A stretch of 63,166 bases of DNA, filler included, from Reclinomonas americana ATCC 50394 (lineage: Eukaryota): NCBI GenBank assembly GCA_048213135.1. It is 14 parts of 14 records of this genome, joined end to end, with 100 filler letters (N's around TTAATTAATTAA, not from the genome) between each part and the next. Parts side by side here need not be neighbours in the genome. Positions count along the whole stretch, not along the records: positions 8,382 to 16,116 come from AFZH01022716.1; positions 16,217 to 20,310 come from AFZH01022718.1; positions 20,411 to 25,775 come from AFZH01022719.1; 11 more parts are not named here. One strand, 5' to 3'. Under the pieces are notes generated by a model, which did not search any database, was not told the DNA's origin, and saw only the letters and a program-made list of their open reading frames with translations. Each line of letters opens with the position of its first letter. Position 1 is the stretch's first letter. Positions 10,303 to 23,500 of this stretch are shown here, piece after piece. The position numbers and the translations under genes were made by a program.

Positions 10303-13300
10303 TTACTTGGGGTGCTGGTCGTGGTAGAACACCGACTTGGCCTCCATGTGGCCCGGCAACATTGGGTACTCGGCGCTGTTGGAGAAGCCGAATGCCGCCG
10401 GCCCCACCACCTGCCACACAATAATGAGGTACAGTGTACACGCAGTGTGGTTGAGCGAGAACAGCATACCTTTAGCGCTTGCGGCGTGCGCATGATCGAG
10501 GGCGCCGGCAGCACCATCACCGACACTCGCTGACCTGCACGTGTGCAACAGCAGGGTGATGGGTACGCTTTCATCGACGGGGCGATATTGGCGACATATA
10601 TACCGTATCGCAGTTCCTCGGCAGTAATGGCACTGCAGGTGGCGGTCTCGACGCACACAATAAGATCTGGCACGCAAGCAACCACCGTCTTTGTGCCGTC
10701 CACAGAACGGAGCCAGGCCATCTACGACGAACAAATCAGTCTGCGCCGGAGGAGACATGCCACACAGCTTAGCTTCTTCGCCTCACCAAGTTCTCATTCT
10801 GCATCTCAATCAGCATGGACTCCTTGCAGTGCTCGCCCACGCCTCCCACAGTCACCACACCACGCGCAAAGCCACCGACAGTACCGCGATCGAGAGCCAC
10901 CACCTTGCCGCGGAACACCACACGACCTTGCAAGTAGTGTGCGATGGCCTCCACCGAATCCTGCTTCAGAACGCGACTGTTGTGGGCCAGCTGGCGCGGC
11001 CAACACCAGGGGAGGATTATTAGCAATGGGAGCGGTGCACACGGGGGACTACACGAGCACGCATACCAGTCCAATGCGCCAGCTCAAACTCAGCGTGTCG
11101 AGCACACCGTGCTGCTTCAGCTGAGCTCCAGAGAGTGGGCACAGGGCGAGGCCGCCAGAGCAACCAAAATGCACCGTACTGCGCCACGAGTACGTGAGCT
11201 GTGTGAATGGCTTTGGTGTGGAAGCACACTGCGACGCAACATGGTGCGCATCACGTTCTCGAGGCCCTTGGGCGACGGCACATCTGTGACTACCAAGCTC
11301 GTTCCCTTGTCGTCTGACTGTGGCACAGAAAGCAGTTAAGTTACAATACCACATGTGCCGTAGAGCAGAAAGAACACACCAATGCACACGGTGCATAGTC
11401 GAGTCCATTAATCTGCTCGTCGGCAGAGTGAGTGAGCAAGTCGTCTCTTCTTTCCCTCCCTCCTGTCTCATAAACGCAACATAAAAGGAGATCATTTGCA
11501 TCTCGGGGAACGCCCGGCCCATGCCCTGTCCACAGAGATACGTGATTTTCCCGTCTTCTTCATCAACAACAGCAGTGGCGGCCACGCAACGTCGACGTCA
11601 ACCACCGGCACGTCCATGTGAGCGGCCGTCAGCAGCGGCTCGATGCTGTTCAGACCGCCGACCTCGATCGGCATCAGACCGCGGACGCGCTGTTAATGTT
11701 GCGCACAAGAGGAGGTGAGCATAAAGGGTCAATGGATGTGCTGCGGTGCACGAGGTCTCACACCTTTTCTGCAAAATCGGCCAGCTTGCGCAGTGCGCGG
11801 AAGCTGTTCGAGCACTCGAAGCCTGCACACAGCTTCTCGAGCCTGCATGCTCTCGGTGGTTACAGTCACCTGCTACGAAGCGACGGCGATAGAGACACGT
11901 ACATGGCAGTGGGGGCTCCGATAAAGGCGATTGGAATCACCAGATCGTCATCCGCGAGCTGCTGCGTTGACATGACCCGAATGCGTTTGCCCTCGCGCAG
12001 TGCAGTCAGTGCACGCATCTTGGACGAGTACCTACAACAGAGACGAGCGCACGTGAGAGGTGCGCCACTGCGGTACCGAGGGATTGGTGACGCAACGGAT
12101 TTCCGCCACCGCCCGACCCGAGAATCGAGGCGCCGAACGTCATAAACTCGACATCGCGCTCGCTGAGCACCCACATGCCGTCGGCGTCCACCTCGATGTC
12201 GCGCTCGTCGACAACGTTGTGATTTGCAAACATGGCTGCTTGCGGGCAGCTGCCGCTGCTGGACTGCGTACTGCCTGCGGGCGCAAGGGAGGCAACCGAA
12301 GACGCACTGTGGCCGTGCGTTTCTGTCTCTCGTTCGACGGCGACCGATGGCATGCTGTCCGCGCCCGCACCGGTACTCGTACCGGCAGACATGAACAGGT
12401 CACCCACGGCCTTGATGCGCACGTGCCTCTTGTTGCCGGGCACATATGCCAGCGCCACCTGCGTACCAGGATAAGATGAGACGGATGCAAATCCTTGGTG
12501 TGCATCTGTGGTGCTCGGCTGCTGACCTCGTCGACATCGAGCACGGAGACGGTGGAGGGGTGCGCTCCGGCGGCCACCACTTGTGCCGTGACCTGTCGTT
12601 GCAGCTCCAGGATAATCTCGTCGTGCTGCGCTGGCGGCAAGTCGACAATCGTGTCGATCTCGGCGCTGACCTGCGCAATCGCAGCGCCTTACACACGCAC
12701 ACGCACGCAGTGTTACTCTCATGATGATTCACATATGCCAGCACAGTGCTCTCCTTTCTCACCTACTGCATTCACCACATCGGAGAACGGAGGAACAATA
12801 ATCTGCACTCGCTGTGGTGAGTAGCCAGCACACAGATCGCACGTAGATGGCCACACGATAAACCTCACTGGCTCCGGCAAGCGACCGGTTGCCAACAAGC
12901 ACTGCACCGCCGCCGACGAGGAGCACCGGAATGGCGCCGGTCTTCAGCTTGACTTGGTCGATGCTCTGTTTGGAGAGTGAGAGGATCATTTTTTTGCGAG
13001 TTCTCGTGCACACATCTGACCTCCTCCAGCATGGCAACCATCAAGTCGACGGCCTTCTCCACCATCTCGGGCGTCACTTTGCCGTGCAGTCGGGTGGGAT
13101 CACCCATCGACACAAATCCAGCCGCCACCGCAATATCGCTCGCCGTCAGTGTGTCGCCCCCTGCATGCTCGGCCACAATGAGCGTCTGCGTGATGCTGGG
13201 CGAGAGAGACAGGGAGAGGAAGAGTCGCACCAAACACAATTCCCTCCTGCACCAAGCGGTATCCGACGCTGTCGGGGCCGATTGTCACCGCACCCGTGTC

Positions 13301-14851
13301 GCTGACGCGCACACGACTCCCACCTCCGAGACCGAAGGAATGCACATCCTGCGTGTCACGCACTATGAGGCACTCACGAGAACGATTGTGCATGACCATG
13401 CGCGACGCAACCGGCATGCGGAAATTGGTCAACACGCCTCCCACGGAGGCCTCGAGTGCACGCTCACGAGGAAACCTGATACGATTTGCGAGATCAGCGG
13501 CTCATGTGTGGGAGAGTGGGAGGCACAAATGGAACACACCCGTCGCTCAATAGACCCACGTCGGATGTGGTGCCGCCAATGTCGATGACGACGGCGTTGG
13601 TGAGGCCGGAGAGGAACACAGCGCCTCGCATGGAGTTTGTCGGTCTGCATTGTATCAGTAGATGAGTGTCAGCATGTGTGGAGCGACTGGGAGAGGAAGG
13701 AAAAGCGGATTCACCCCGACGCAAATGTGAGCACCGGCAACTCGCACGCCAGCTGACTCGACATGAGAGTGCCGTCGTTCTGGGTGAGGAACAAGTTGCA
13801 GCGGAGGCCAAGCTCGGACTTGACAGCGCGCTCGAATCCCTGCGCACATGCAGCAGATGAGAGAACAACATCCAGTCTCTCTCTCTCTGCGTCACGCAGC
13901 GCACCTCAATGGTGGTCACTGCCAGGTCTCGCAGACACGCATTCATGATGGTGGCATTCTCGCGCTGCTTGAACCCGAGGCGACCAATCTGCGACGACAT
14001 GGTGACGTGCACAGCGGCCTGACCGGCCTTCTCGTACTCCTCGCGCACCAGATCACGCGCTCGCTTCTCCTGCTCGGTGCACACCGGCGCAAACACGCCG
14101 ACAATCGCCACCGCTTGGATGCTGCGCGGCGCTTGAGAGTCAGCGCGTGGCCACACGACGACAACAGAGTGCACACACGTACCCTCGTGCAATCGCCTCG
14201 CGCGCCGCCACACGCACCGCGTCCTCCCCAAGTGGCGCAATCACACTGCCATCAAACTCGAATCCACCCGGCAGCATCGCCACATAACCTGCACACAGAG
14301 AGATGCCATCAACACGATCGCACTCCCTCCACCCATGCCGGTAATCGCCACCGACCATTGACCAACTCGGCCAAATCGTCGGGCCACCCCGCAAACGGCG
14401 GCAGCGCAGTTGTCGCGTAGTGGCACAGTCGCAGCACGGCGACCTTGGTCAGTCCCTTGCGTTGCACCACCTGCACACTTATCATCGTCAGTCGCCATGC
14501 CACCACGCAGCGTATGCAAAACGATATAGAAGCACGCAACGGCATTCACAAAGTGCGTCGTTCCTGGGTAAGCGGGAATGCATGATTGAAATTTATTCCG
14601 AACACACACGTGCACACACACACAATCGCTCCATTCACCACCAACTCACCAATCATCATGTCGCGCACGGCGGCCACCTGCGCCGCATCCACCTGCCGCA
14701 TCGCCTGCTGCACCGCGCGGATCACGCCAATCTCCACCGGATCGGTCGTCGGCGACTTTTGCGCCGCCACAATGCGGCACTTTCCATCGTCCACCGACAG
14801 CACCACGCAGTCGGTGTTGGTGCCGCCGACATCGACGCCCACACGAAGCAT
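10303..14851 (-). CDS. Hydantoinase/oxoprolinase-family protein fused to a C-terminal DUF917 domain, many introns
   Basis: MLRVGVDVGGTNTD, RENATIMNA, GPTNSMRGA, VVIDIGGTTSDVG, SFGLGGGS, IGPDSVGY, LVGGG, NAVG; DUF917 part GASILGSGGGG, PIEVGGLN, GMGRAFP, MQNENL, VPDLI, EELRYG, VGPAAFG. Confidence 0.88.
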
Positions 14852-14909
14852 CGATGCGGAATGACGGAGCGAGCATCATGGACAAAGCGTGATATTGTCA
14901 CCGTTCATC

Positions 14910-16116
14910 ATGGGCGATCGCGACGGCGTTGGTGGTGGTGGTGGTGGCGATCATCATCATCATCAGCAGCAGCAGCATCAACATCAGCAACAGGCCGCGC
15001 ATGCCACGTCAGCACGGGCTGCGGCAATTGTGAGTGGTGGTGGTGGTGGTGGAACGCCTCCTCCTGCTCCTCCTCCTGTGCGCACGTCGTTGACCACGCA
15101 CAAGCATCAGCATCATCACTCGCTGTCGCCTACGAGTCTGGCGCTCAACTTGAGCTCGCTTAGCGTGGCCAGCAAGGAGGGCTTTTTGACGTATCAAGGT
15201 CGGCGGCGCGTGTTGCACGCGATGGCCATTGTGTGTGTTCTTTTGTGCGCTCACTCCCCCTTTGTTGCGCGTTGTCTATGTGTCTGTGTGTGCGTGTGCA
15301 TCTGTGTCATTAGATCCCACGTCGCCGGTGTGGCATCGCCTGTGGTGCACGCTGAGTGGAGCGCGATTGCGTGCGTTTGCGACTTTGGCCGATGTTGCGT
15401 TGTTAACGATTTCTCTCGCTCTTGCGTGCACACTGTGGTGTTGCTCACACGCACACACACGTAGTGTCCTGGCAACCCCACTTTCGAGGTGTACATTGGC
15501 GGCTTGTATGTGCGACGATCGTCATTCCGACCCAACGCGATGCGCTTGCGTGGGCGACCGGGACAGGAGATGGTGTTTTTCGATGACAAGCACGCCACGG
15601 ACGAGGTGATTGAGGAGTGGATTGCGGCCATTCGACGAGCGCAGGAGGTGCATGAGACGCGCGAGGAACGCGTGTCGCGATTGGCTGTGCAGCGCGATGA
15701 GGAAATGCTCGTCGGCAGCGGGCCGCTGGGCGTCGTCACCATGAGTGGCAGTCTGTTTGTGCGACGTTGCGTGGCGCTCCCCTCTATGTGTGTGCGCGCG
15801 CGTGTGTGCTGCGTACCAACTGGCGCATGTGCAGCGTACAATCGGGAGCATTGGTGTGTGTTGATGGATCGCTGCTTGCACCAGTACGTCTCGTACAACG
15901 GCAAGCATGTGGTGGCGTCGGAGCTGGAGGATGTCGATGTGCAATTGATGAGTGACGGCTTCCGGCTGGTCCCGTTGGACGAGGAGGATGGAGTGCCGGA
16001 GATGATGTTTGTTAATCCGCGACACAAGCCCGAATACCTGCAACAGTGGCTGCGAGCGATCCAGGAGGTGGTCGACGAGGTGCGGTCCACTGCATGCGTG
16101 ATGCATGCCTCTTCCG
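14910..16116 (+). CDS. Protein with two PH domains (N-terminal part), multi-exon
   Basis: KEGFL...WHRLWCTL...EEWIAAIRRAQ and MSGSLFVR...HWCVL...QQWLRAIQEV; Gly/His/Gln low-complexity N-terminus. Confidence 0.7.
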
Positions 16117-16216
16117 NNNNNNNNNNNNNNNNNNNNNNNNNNNNNNNNNNNNNNNNNNNNTTAATTAATTAANNNNNNNNNNNNNNNNNNNNNNNNNNNN
16201 NNNNNNNNNNNNNNNN

Positions 16217-17956
16217 TTGGACGACGACGAGCAGGGTGGACAATGCAGGAGAATCTCACTGCCGTTGTTTTGTGTGTGCAGTTGGCAAGAACGACGGCAG
16301 TGTGGGCAATTTCCGCTACTTCCGTTGCCGTCCCAACCGCGGCATCTTTGTGCGAGCCGACTCCAATCACGTGCTTCCGTACTGGAATGCACCTGCTGAT
16401 CAGACAGCAACGGCGACCACCGTCACCGCCACCACAACAGCGACAACGACGGCGACAACGACGACAGCGGCAACAACACCAACGGCAGGGGTTGGCTCGG
16501 CATCGCCAGTGGCAGGCAGTGGAGGATCGGCCCCGCATTCGCCTGGAGTGCCACCGTCAGTGCCATCGCTGGCAGTTCCACTCGAGCAGCTTGCCAATCC
16601 GCGGTCGCCGTCGCCCGCACCGATCACGTACACGGCCACTCTGTCGCCCATGATGGGAGTGTCGGCGCTCTCCGAACAAACTGCGTCGACTGAATCGCAG
16701 TTTCGTCTGTCTGCATCTGCCTTGCCAGGCCTTCTCCCCTGTCAAGCAAGTCCCCTCACCGCCGCTCCTCTCTCACAGTTCGCGAGATCCCTCACCGAGT
16801 CGACATGTACCAAAGTGCGTCGATCCGTTCCATGCTGCCCCTTGTCTGCGTGCGTGCTGTTCACATCCTTGCGTCCACAGACTGAACATGCGATCCATGA
16901 CGCCTCCCAAGCCGACAACGGTTGCTGCACCTCCGCGTCAGTCGCCTGTGATCTCGTCGCGTCCGTTTGACCGCGGACCAAGTCCAGCACGCCTGCCGCG
17001 ACCAGTGTCGTCCGCCAAGTCGCCGGCTGGCGCTGCTGCTGCCGCTGCCGCAGCTGCTATCAGCGGTGGCAGTGGTGGCGTGTACGGCGCATCACCGAGC
17101 CGGAAACGGTGTGTGTGTTTTCTGGGATGCTTCCTGTCCTAATTTGGAGTACTCAAGTCTGTTGTGGTCAGGAATCCGCAATCGCCTTCCGCTGGCTCAC
17201 CGGTGACTTCGGCGCGAAATCGTGGACCTTCACCCGTGCCCACTGGTGCCGACCAATAGTTGCGTGCTTTCTTTGACGCTTCCACGTATTCGAGTCGTGA
17301 GGCTGACACACGACGCAGTCGTGGCTCATCGCCCAATCGGCATGGAGAGGCATCGACGCCTACTGTGTTGCAGTACCGACCACAAGGTGTCAGTCCGGTG
17401 CAGAGCTCACGACAGAGTCCGCACGGGGGTGCCAGTCCCGCCGGTGTCGCTACGATGATTCCACGAACCAACAGCAGTCCCGGGCGCGCACCGCTTCGAT
17501 CCCCCTCACCGGGTCTCTACACCAGGTACGCTTGACTTTGTGCATGTGTGTGTTCCTTCGTGCAGCATGTGTTAATAATGTGCGCGCGATAATGGCAGTC
17601 CACCGGGAACTGTGCGCACACCGAGTTCACGCCCCACGGACGAGAGTCCATCACAACGTCGCGTGTCGTGGTGAGCGAAGAAGTGCCACACGCGCGCGCG
17701 ATCGCCTGTGCTGTCTCCTAACTCGGTCGTCATTGTTGTCGCAGGAACGGCTCACCGTCGGGATCGCGCTCCTCTTACCCGATCGCTCCTCACGATCCCG
17801 AAGAAGACTCACCGCCACGAACGCGCCCCGCCATGTCACCCGCCAGGTACGCTGCTGCATCGCCCAGAGACCCACGCAAAGCAAGCACTCTGCTCACCTC
17901 CCCAATGCGCTCACAGACCACTGCGTACCAACCGACCACGCGGTCGCGGGCGATGA
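16217..17956 (+). CDS. CAP-Gly domain plus long Ser/Pro/Thr/Arg-rich tail; possibly the 3' part of the PH-PH gene
   Basis: LDDDEQ.GKNDGSVGNFRYFRCRPNRGIFVR at ~16217-16355; spliceable low-complexity exons to a stop near 17956. Confidence 0.8.
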
Positions 17957-18111
17957 CGCCTCCACCCTGTTTTGTTTTCTGTCAATAACCAACCTATTGC
18001 TGCCCCACAATGAATATGTTAGTGTGCGTGTATATCTACGAAGGCAGGCTGCTGTTCATTGACAGCAGCAGCACAGCAAGCTGAAGAAGATGCACGGTGA
18101 ATGCAAGTCAA

Positions 18112-18707
18112 TCACGCCACACTTGCAGCACTGCTTCCACTTGCCGATCCCGTGAGCTGTCCAGGCAACGCATTCCGCCGCCTCTCACTAAGCACCGTCT
18201 GGATGCGAGCCATCGACTGTCGCACCTTGCGCACTCGCGAGGGATTGGGCATCTGCCTGCGCGACTGACGAAAGAACAAGCGCTCCGTCTGCAACGCATT
18301 GCGCTCCACCAGCAGCACACTCCACAGTCGTGCCAAGTCAGCAGAGCTCTTTTGTCGCAGCTCATCAGCCTCCCACGCACGCCCTGCGCGCAGTGAGTCG
18401 GTCATGTGCGCCATTCACACACACGCAACGCGCACACAAACGCACCTGCCACGGGGTACGAGTCTGGTTGCTGCAGAGTGGGTGTGATGAAGAGTTTGAG
18501 GGCGTCGTTGACGGAGCGCATGTTGTTGGCGGCAGGTGCGTTGCGGCGTGCTGGTCTCACAGGCGTCGCTGCTGCCTTCTCCTCGCTCTTGCTCTCCACC
18601 ACAACGGCGTCGCTGCTCAGCTGACGCGCTCCCAGTAATGAAAAGTACGACGAGGCGGTGGGTCGTGTGCACAGGCCACGCAGGGTGCGAGTCAACAGCA
18701 ACACCAT
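18112..18707 (-). CDS. MRPL47: Mitochondrial ribosomal protein uL29m (L47), one intron
   Basis: Transit-peptide-like N-terminus; GRAWEADELRQKSSADLARLWSVLLVERNALQT; RVRKVRQSMARIQTVLSER. Confidence 0.9.
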
Positions 18708-18909
18708 GGCTTGGGTATAGAAAATTGGATGCGTCCTGCCGCCGCGGGGTGATGCTCGACGTTGTTCATCGCAGTGGCTTGACAAGAAGGCGTGTACCGA
18801 CATTCATTCAAACGGCACTGTAAGTGTATCTTAAGACCTGCCTGCATTCTGTGACGTTGCTCTCCTCCCTAGAGAGGAGGAGGTGAGGAAGGGAGGAGAA
18901 AGTGCGACT

Positions 18910-20230
18910 TTAGCTCCTCTTGGTAGCGTGCTGCTGCTTCATGAGGTTGAGGGCCGAGCCGGCCTTGAACCATGCGATCTGGTCATCGTTGAAGGTGTGG
19001 TTCACCGGGATGTCCACGGTCTTGCCGTCCTGCAAGTGCGATGGAGTTGTGAGCGCACGCAGGGGAGAGAGAGAGAGAGAAACGAAAGAGAGATGCCACG
19101 GTGCGACGCAACAGGCTTCTTGAGGCGCAGCGTGAGCGGCTTGCCCGGCGCAAAGGTGGTCAGACCCACAATCGACACACGGTCGTCGCCCTGGATCTTG
19201 TCGTAGTCAGCCGGGTTGGCAAACGTCAGCGGCAGCATGCCCTGCTTCTTGAGGTTGGTCTCGTGAATGCGGGCAAACGACTTGACAATCACCGCACGGC
19301 CACCCAGGTGGCGCGGCTCGAGTGCGGCGTGCTCGCGGCTGGAGCCCTCGCCGTAGTTCTCGTCGCCGACAATCTGTCACAAATTGAGTTTCTCACTTTT
19401 GCCACAGCGAGTGAGAGCGAGTGGACACGCACCACCCACGGCACACCGGCCGCCTTGTACTGGCGAGCCACAGCCGGCACCTTGTCGACCTTGCCAGTGA
19501 TGCGGTTCTTGACCTCGTTCATCTTGCCATTGTCGTCGTTGACGGCGGTGATCAGCAAGTTGTTCGAGATGTTGTCGAGGTGACCGCTGCACGACACTCG
19601 TGGGTTAGCAGAGCGAGCGCACACAGTTACACACACACACACAATTACACAACACCACCGCACCGGTACTTGAGCCACGGGCCGGCCATCGAAATGTGGT
19701 CAGTGGTGCACTTGCCGCGCACCTTGATCAGAATGGCCGCATCGGCAACGTCCTTGCCGTCCCACTTGTCGAACGGGGCGAGCAGCTGGAGGCGCTCGCT
19801 CTTCGGGTCCACGACCACCTGCACCAAATGGAACACGTGAGCACCAACACCAAAAATAAATAAAAAAGAAACTCGTGCGAGGATCACGCACATCGCCAGC
19901 AGACTTGGGATCGCCAGGCGCCTGGTACGTGTTCTGGCCAGCATCGAAGCCCTTGCTCGGCAGCTCATCGGCCGCCGGCGGCTGCAGCTTGAACTTGCGG
20001 CCATCGGCGGTGGTGATGGAGTCCGAGGTCGGGTTGAACTCGAGCGAGCCCGACAGCGCAAACGCCGTCACAATCTCGGGCGACGCCACAAAAGCGTGCG
20101 TGGCCGGGTTGCCGTCGTTACGCGCAGTAAAGTTGCGGTTGAACGAGGTCATGATCGAGTTCGGCACACCCTGCGGCACGTCGTCGCGCTGCCACTGACC
20201 AATGCACGGACCGCAAGCGTTGGCCAACAC
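18910..20230 (-). CDS. ACO2: Mitochondrial-type aconitate hydratase, C-terminal part (5' truncated)
   Basis: [95 protein letters not shown]. Confidence 0.96.
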
Positions 20231-20520
20231 CTGAGCCTGTGCAGCCACAACACAAAGGAGAAAACTTCAGAATCTCACCACTCATTTCACACCGCCGCCC
20301 CCTCGCGCACNNNNNNNNNNNNNNNNNNNNNNNNNNNNNNNNNNNNNNNNNNNNTTAATTAATTAANNNNNNNNNNNNNNNNNNNNNNNNNNNNNNNNNN
20401 NNNNNNNNNNAGCCGTGCGAATGCGCTTCATGACGACTGTGCGACGTTGCGTCTGTGTGTGTGTGTCGATTGTCGCGCGCGTCTCTGTCTCTATCTGTCT
20501 CAGTGATTGTCTGCACACAG

Positions 20521-23500
20521 ATCGCTGCTCACTGGAAGAGCTGCGCGAGGAGGTGCGCCAGTTGTCGCGTCTTGCTCCCGGAGCGCAAGTGGAGCCGTCA
20601 ATCACCGAGCGGCGACACGTGCTGGCCACGCTTCTCCAGCGACTGGGCATTGTCGGTGAGGCGCAGGCACTGGCGTCGCCGCTGCCGAACGAGACTGGCG
20701 ATGGAGCAGGCGCGCCAGGCGGCAGTGCGGACGAGGCGGGCGGCAGTCGCGTCGGCAGTTCACTGGATCGCTTCGTGCAGTCTACAGGCGAGCGTCTCGG
20801 GTGGGACGCCAATCGTGTCACCGCGATTGCGGAGCACCTGCGCAACGAGGTGCGCCTGTCGATTGTCACATCCGCGACGAACATCACACTCTTCGACTAA
20901 CTCGCCACACACGCACAGATGTGGTTCAACGACCTCAACACACTTCTCAAGGAGCTTGACGACTTGCCAGCCAGCGATGTCATTACGCCAGACGTGGTCG
21001 CTGCTCTCCGAGGTCGGATTCAGTGATCGCGTCTCTTGTATTTTCTCTCGTGCTCACTTGCTCGCCGCAGAGACGGTGGCACTGAGCGAGAATTCGGCGG
21101 CAGTGTCGGTACACTTGCGTGCCGCCCCCGAAGAGGCGCCACCACCGTCGCCCGTGTTGGTGGCGAGAAGGCCACGAATTGCCGATTTTGATTGGGAGCG
21201 ACAGCGTGCACTCGTGCGCGAACAAGGTATTGATGCTTTGTTATCTTGTGAGACAAGTGGATTGCTGACGTGCCTTCCAACCAGATCCACTCTACGACTA
21301 CCTGCTGCGTGATTTGTTCCCGAGGCAGCAAGGTATGTGTGAACGTGTGCATTTTGTCGTCGCAACATGGTGCTGACCGCTGTGCAGATCCGAGGCCCGA
21401 CTTCAACTCGTACTACAGCAATCGTTGCGCAGTCACACGCGCCCTCTTCAACTGCGCTCGCTCACATCCGCCGGAGCACAGACATGCAGTTGCATGCTTC
21501 GGGGGAGCGTTTCAGTGGATGGGGCTTTGATCCGACCACCGTGCTCAACTGTTGCCTGGTGACGGCGTCGGTGGACCACGTGTCGGTGTCGATGCCGCAG
21601 GATCGATTGTACCATTCGGTGCACATGGTGCAGTCGGTGAACATGCCTCCACGAGTCGGCGGTGGAGCAGCGGGTCGCGCGTTCGACGGCGACGGCCTTG
21701 ATGACGAGGCGGACGTGACGAGGTCTCCCATGTGATGTGCCGCTCAGTCTGCGTGCGCACGTGAGCTCACTCTTTCGGCGCAGGATTCACTTTGCGGAGT
21801 GCGAGTGCCCGTTTACTGGCGATCTGTACGCGGTCCTGGCATTCCATGTGCCAGGAGTTGCGACAGCCGGTGCTCTCGTGGATGTCCCGTGTCTCGGCGG
21901 CAGGGTCGATGCAGGTTTGCCGTGGCCACACGCTTCATGAAATGCGCGATGTACTCACGGCAGGAATCCTCCCGCAGAACTGTGGCAAATGGCCAGCGAG
22001 TTCCCCTCGACACTGGTGCGACTCCTCTTGCGCAACTACGTTCGTGTGATTTTCACTGGCCAGGGGCGCGGTGGCCAGCTCGCGCAAGTCACTGCTCTTC
22101 GTCAGGCGTACACGGCGGTGCGTGCTCACCTGCGTGCCGTGCACTTTCTGTTGCTCATTGCGCGTGCGTGCTCTTGTTGTTCAGTTTGATGTACCTGCCG
22201 TGCTAGCCGAGCGTCGCATTCTGTGCATCACACTTGGTAGTCCACCTGCGTTTGGTGAGCATAGATTTCTGTCGATTCCATCACACCACCCTCCTCATCC
22301 CTTACGTCGATGTGAACAGATGCCGCGGTGGAGAGAAAGATGGATGACCGCGGTCTCACTGCCTTGCTCCTCAACATTGCACGCTCACCACGGGAGACAA
22401 CTCTCGATCGCATCCTCCCACCATCCAACCTGTTGACCATTGCCCTGGGTCCGAGCAACCGCGGTCGCTGGCGTGGACCACCACGACGAGCACAGGACCG
22501 CGACACACTGGCTCAATTCTCGGCGGCCAGCGACAAGAGTCTGCCGCCGTTTGTGGACGACTCCACTCTCGCCACATCGATTGTCGCCTGTTGCACGGTG
22601 ATCACCGAGTGGTCACTGCCCGAGGTGTCGCGCCGCTACGCCGAAGGCAGCCTGCCGCCGCGAGTTGCGTTTGTTTACTTGCCACGATGGACCCAAGTGC
22701 CTTCCTTCATCTCATCTCACACACCTATCTGCGCAGTTTGTACCACGCATCCAGTCGGCTCGTGCATCGGCCGTGGCCAACGTGGTGTGCATCTCCGTCA
22801 GCGGCATCAATCTGGACTTTATCGACTTGACCACGGTGTGTATTTCATTTGGGTGACAACTCATTCACAGTGTGTGACGTGCGTGACTCGACCACAGCTG
22901 TGTCACTACAACCCGGGTCTGCGAGTGCACTCGGTCGACTCGTCCATTATCTACGGCGAGATGACGAATCATGTGCCACCCGGCACCGCCACCGTATACT
23001 GCCTACGCTTGCCGCAATTCATTGGCCGTACGCCACTGGTGGGGACGCTCGACTTGCACTACACCAGCGTGATCCCCGACCGACGAGCCCAAGTGCTGCA
23101 CATGTCACCGGCCGCTGTTATTGAAGTGCGTTCTTTCGTGGCTGCTGCGTTCATACTTTGCGTGTCTCACTCTCTCTTTTGGTCATAGTCGGCCGTGATT
23201 GGTCTCCAGCTGTTGTGCACGCTGCAGGGCGACGCTGCTGTCACACAGTTCACAGTGCGTCCCACTTGCGATTGTTGCGATAAGACAGTGGAGAGACACT
23301 TGCTTAGCGTACTGACTGATTCGATCGACAGCGTGTGTTGGGGACGTTGAATAGCCTCTGCAGCACCATCTCGTGCGACATGACAGTGCTGGCACTGTGG
23401 TTCCTGTCTTGTCCAGACTCAACACTGGATGTCTCTGTCGACGTGGCCATTGTGCTGCGCGATCAGTTGCACACGCTGATCATGCACAACCGCGAGGTCT

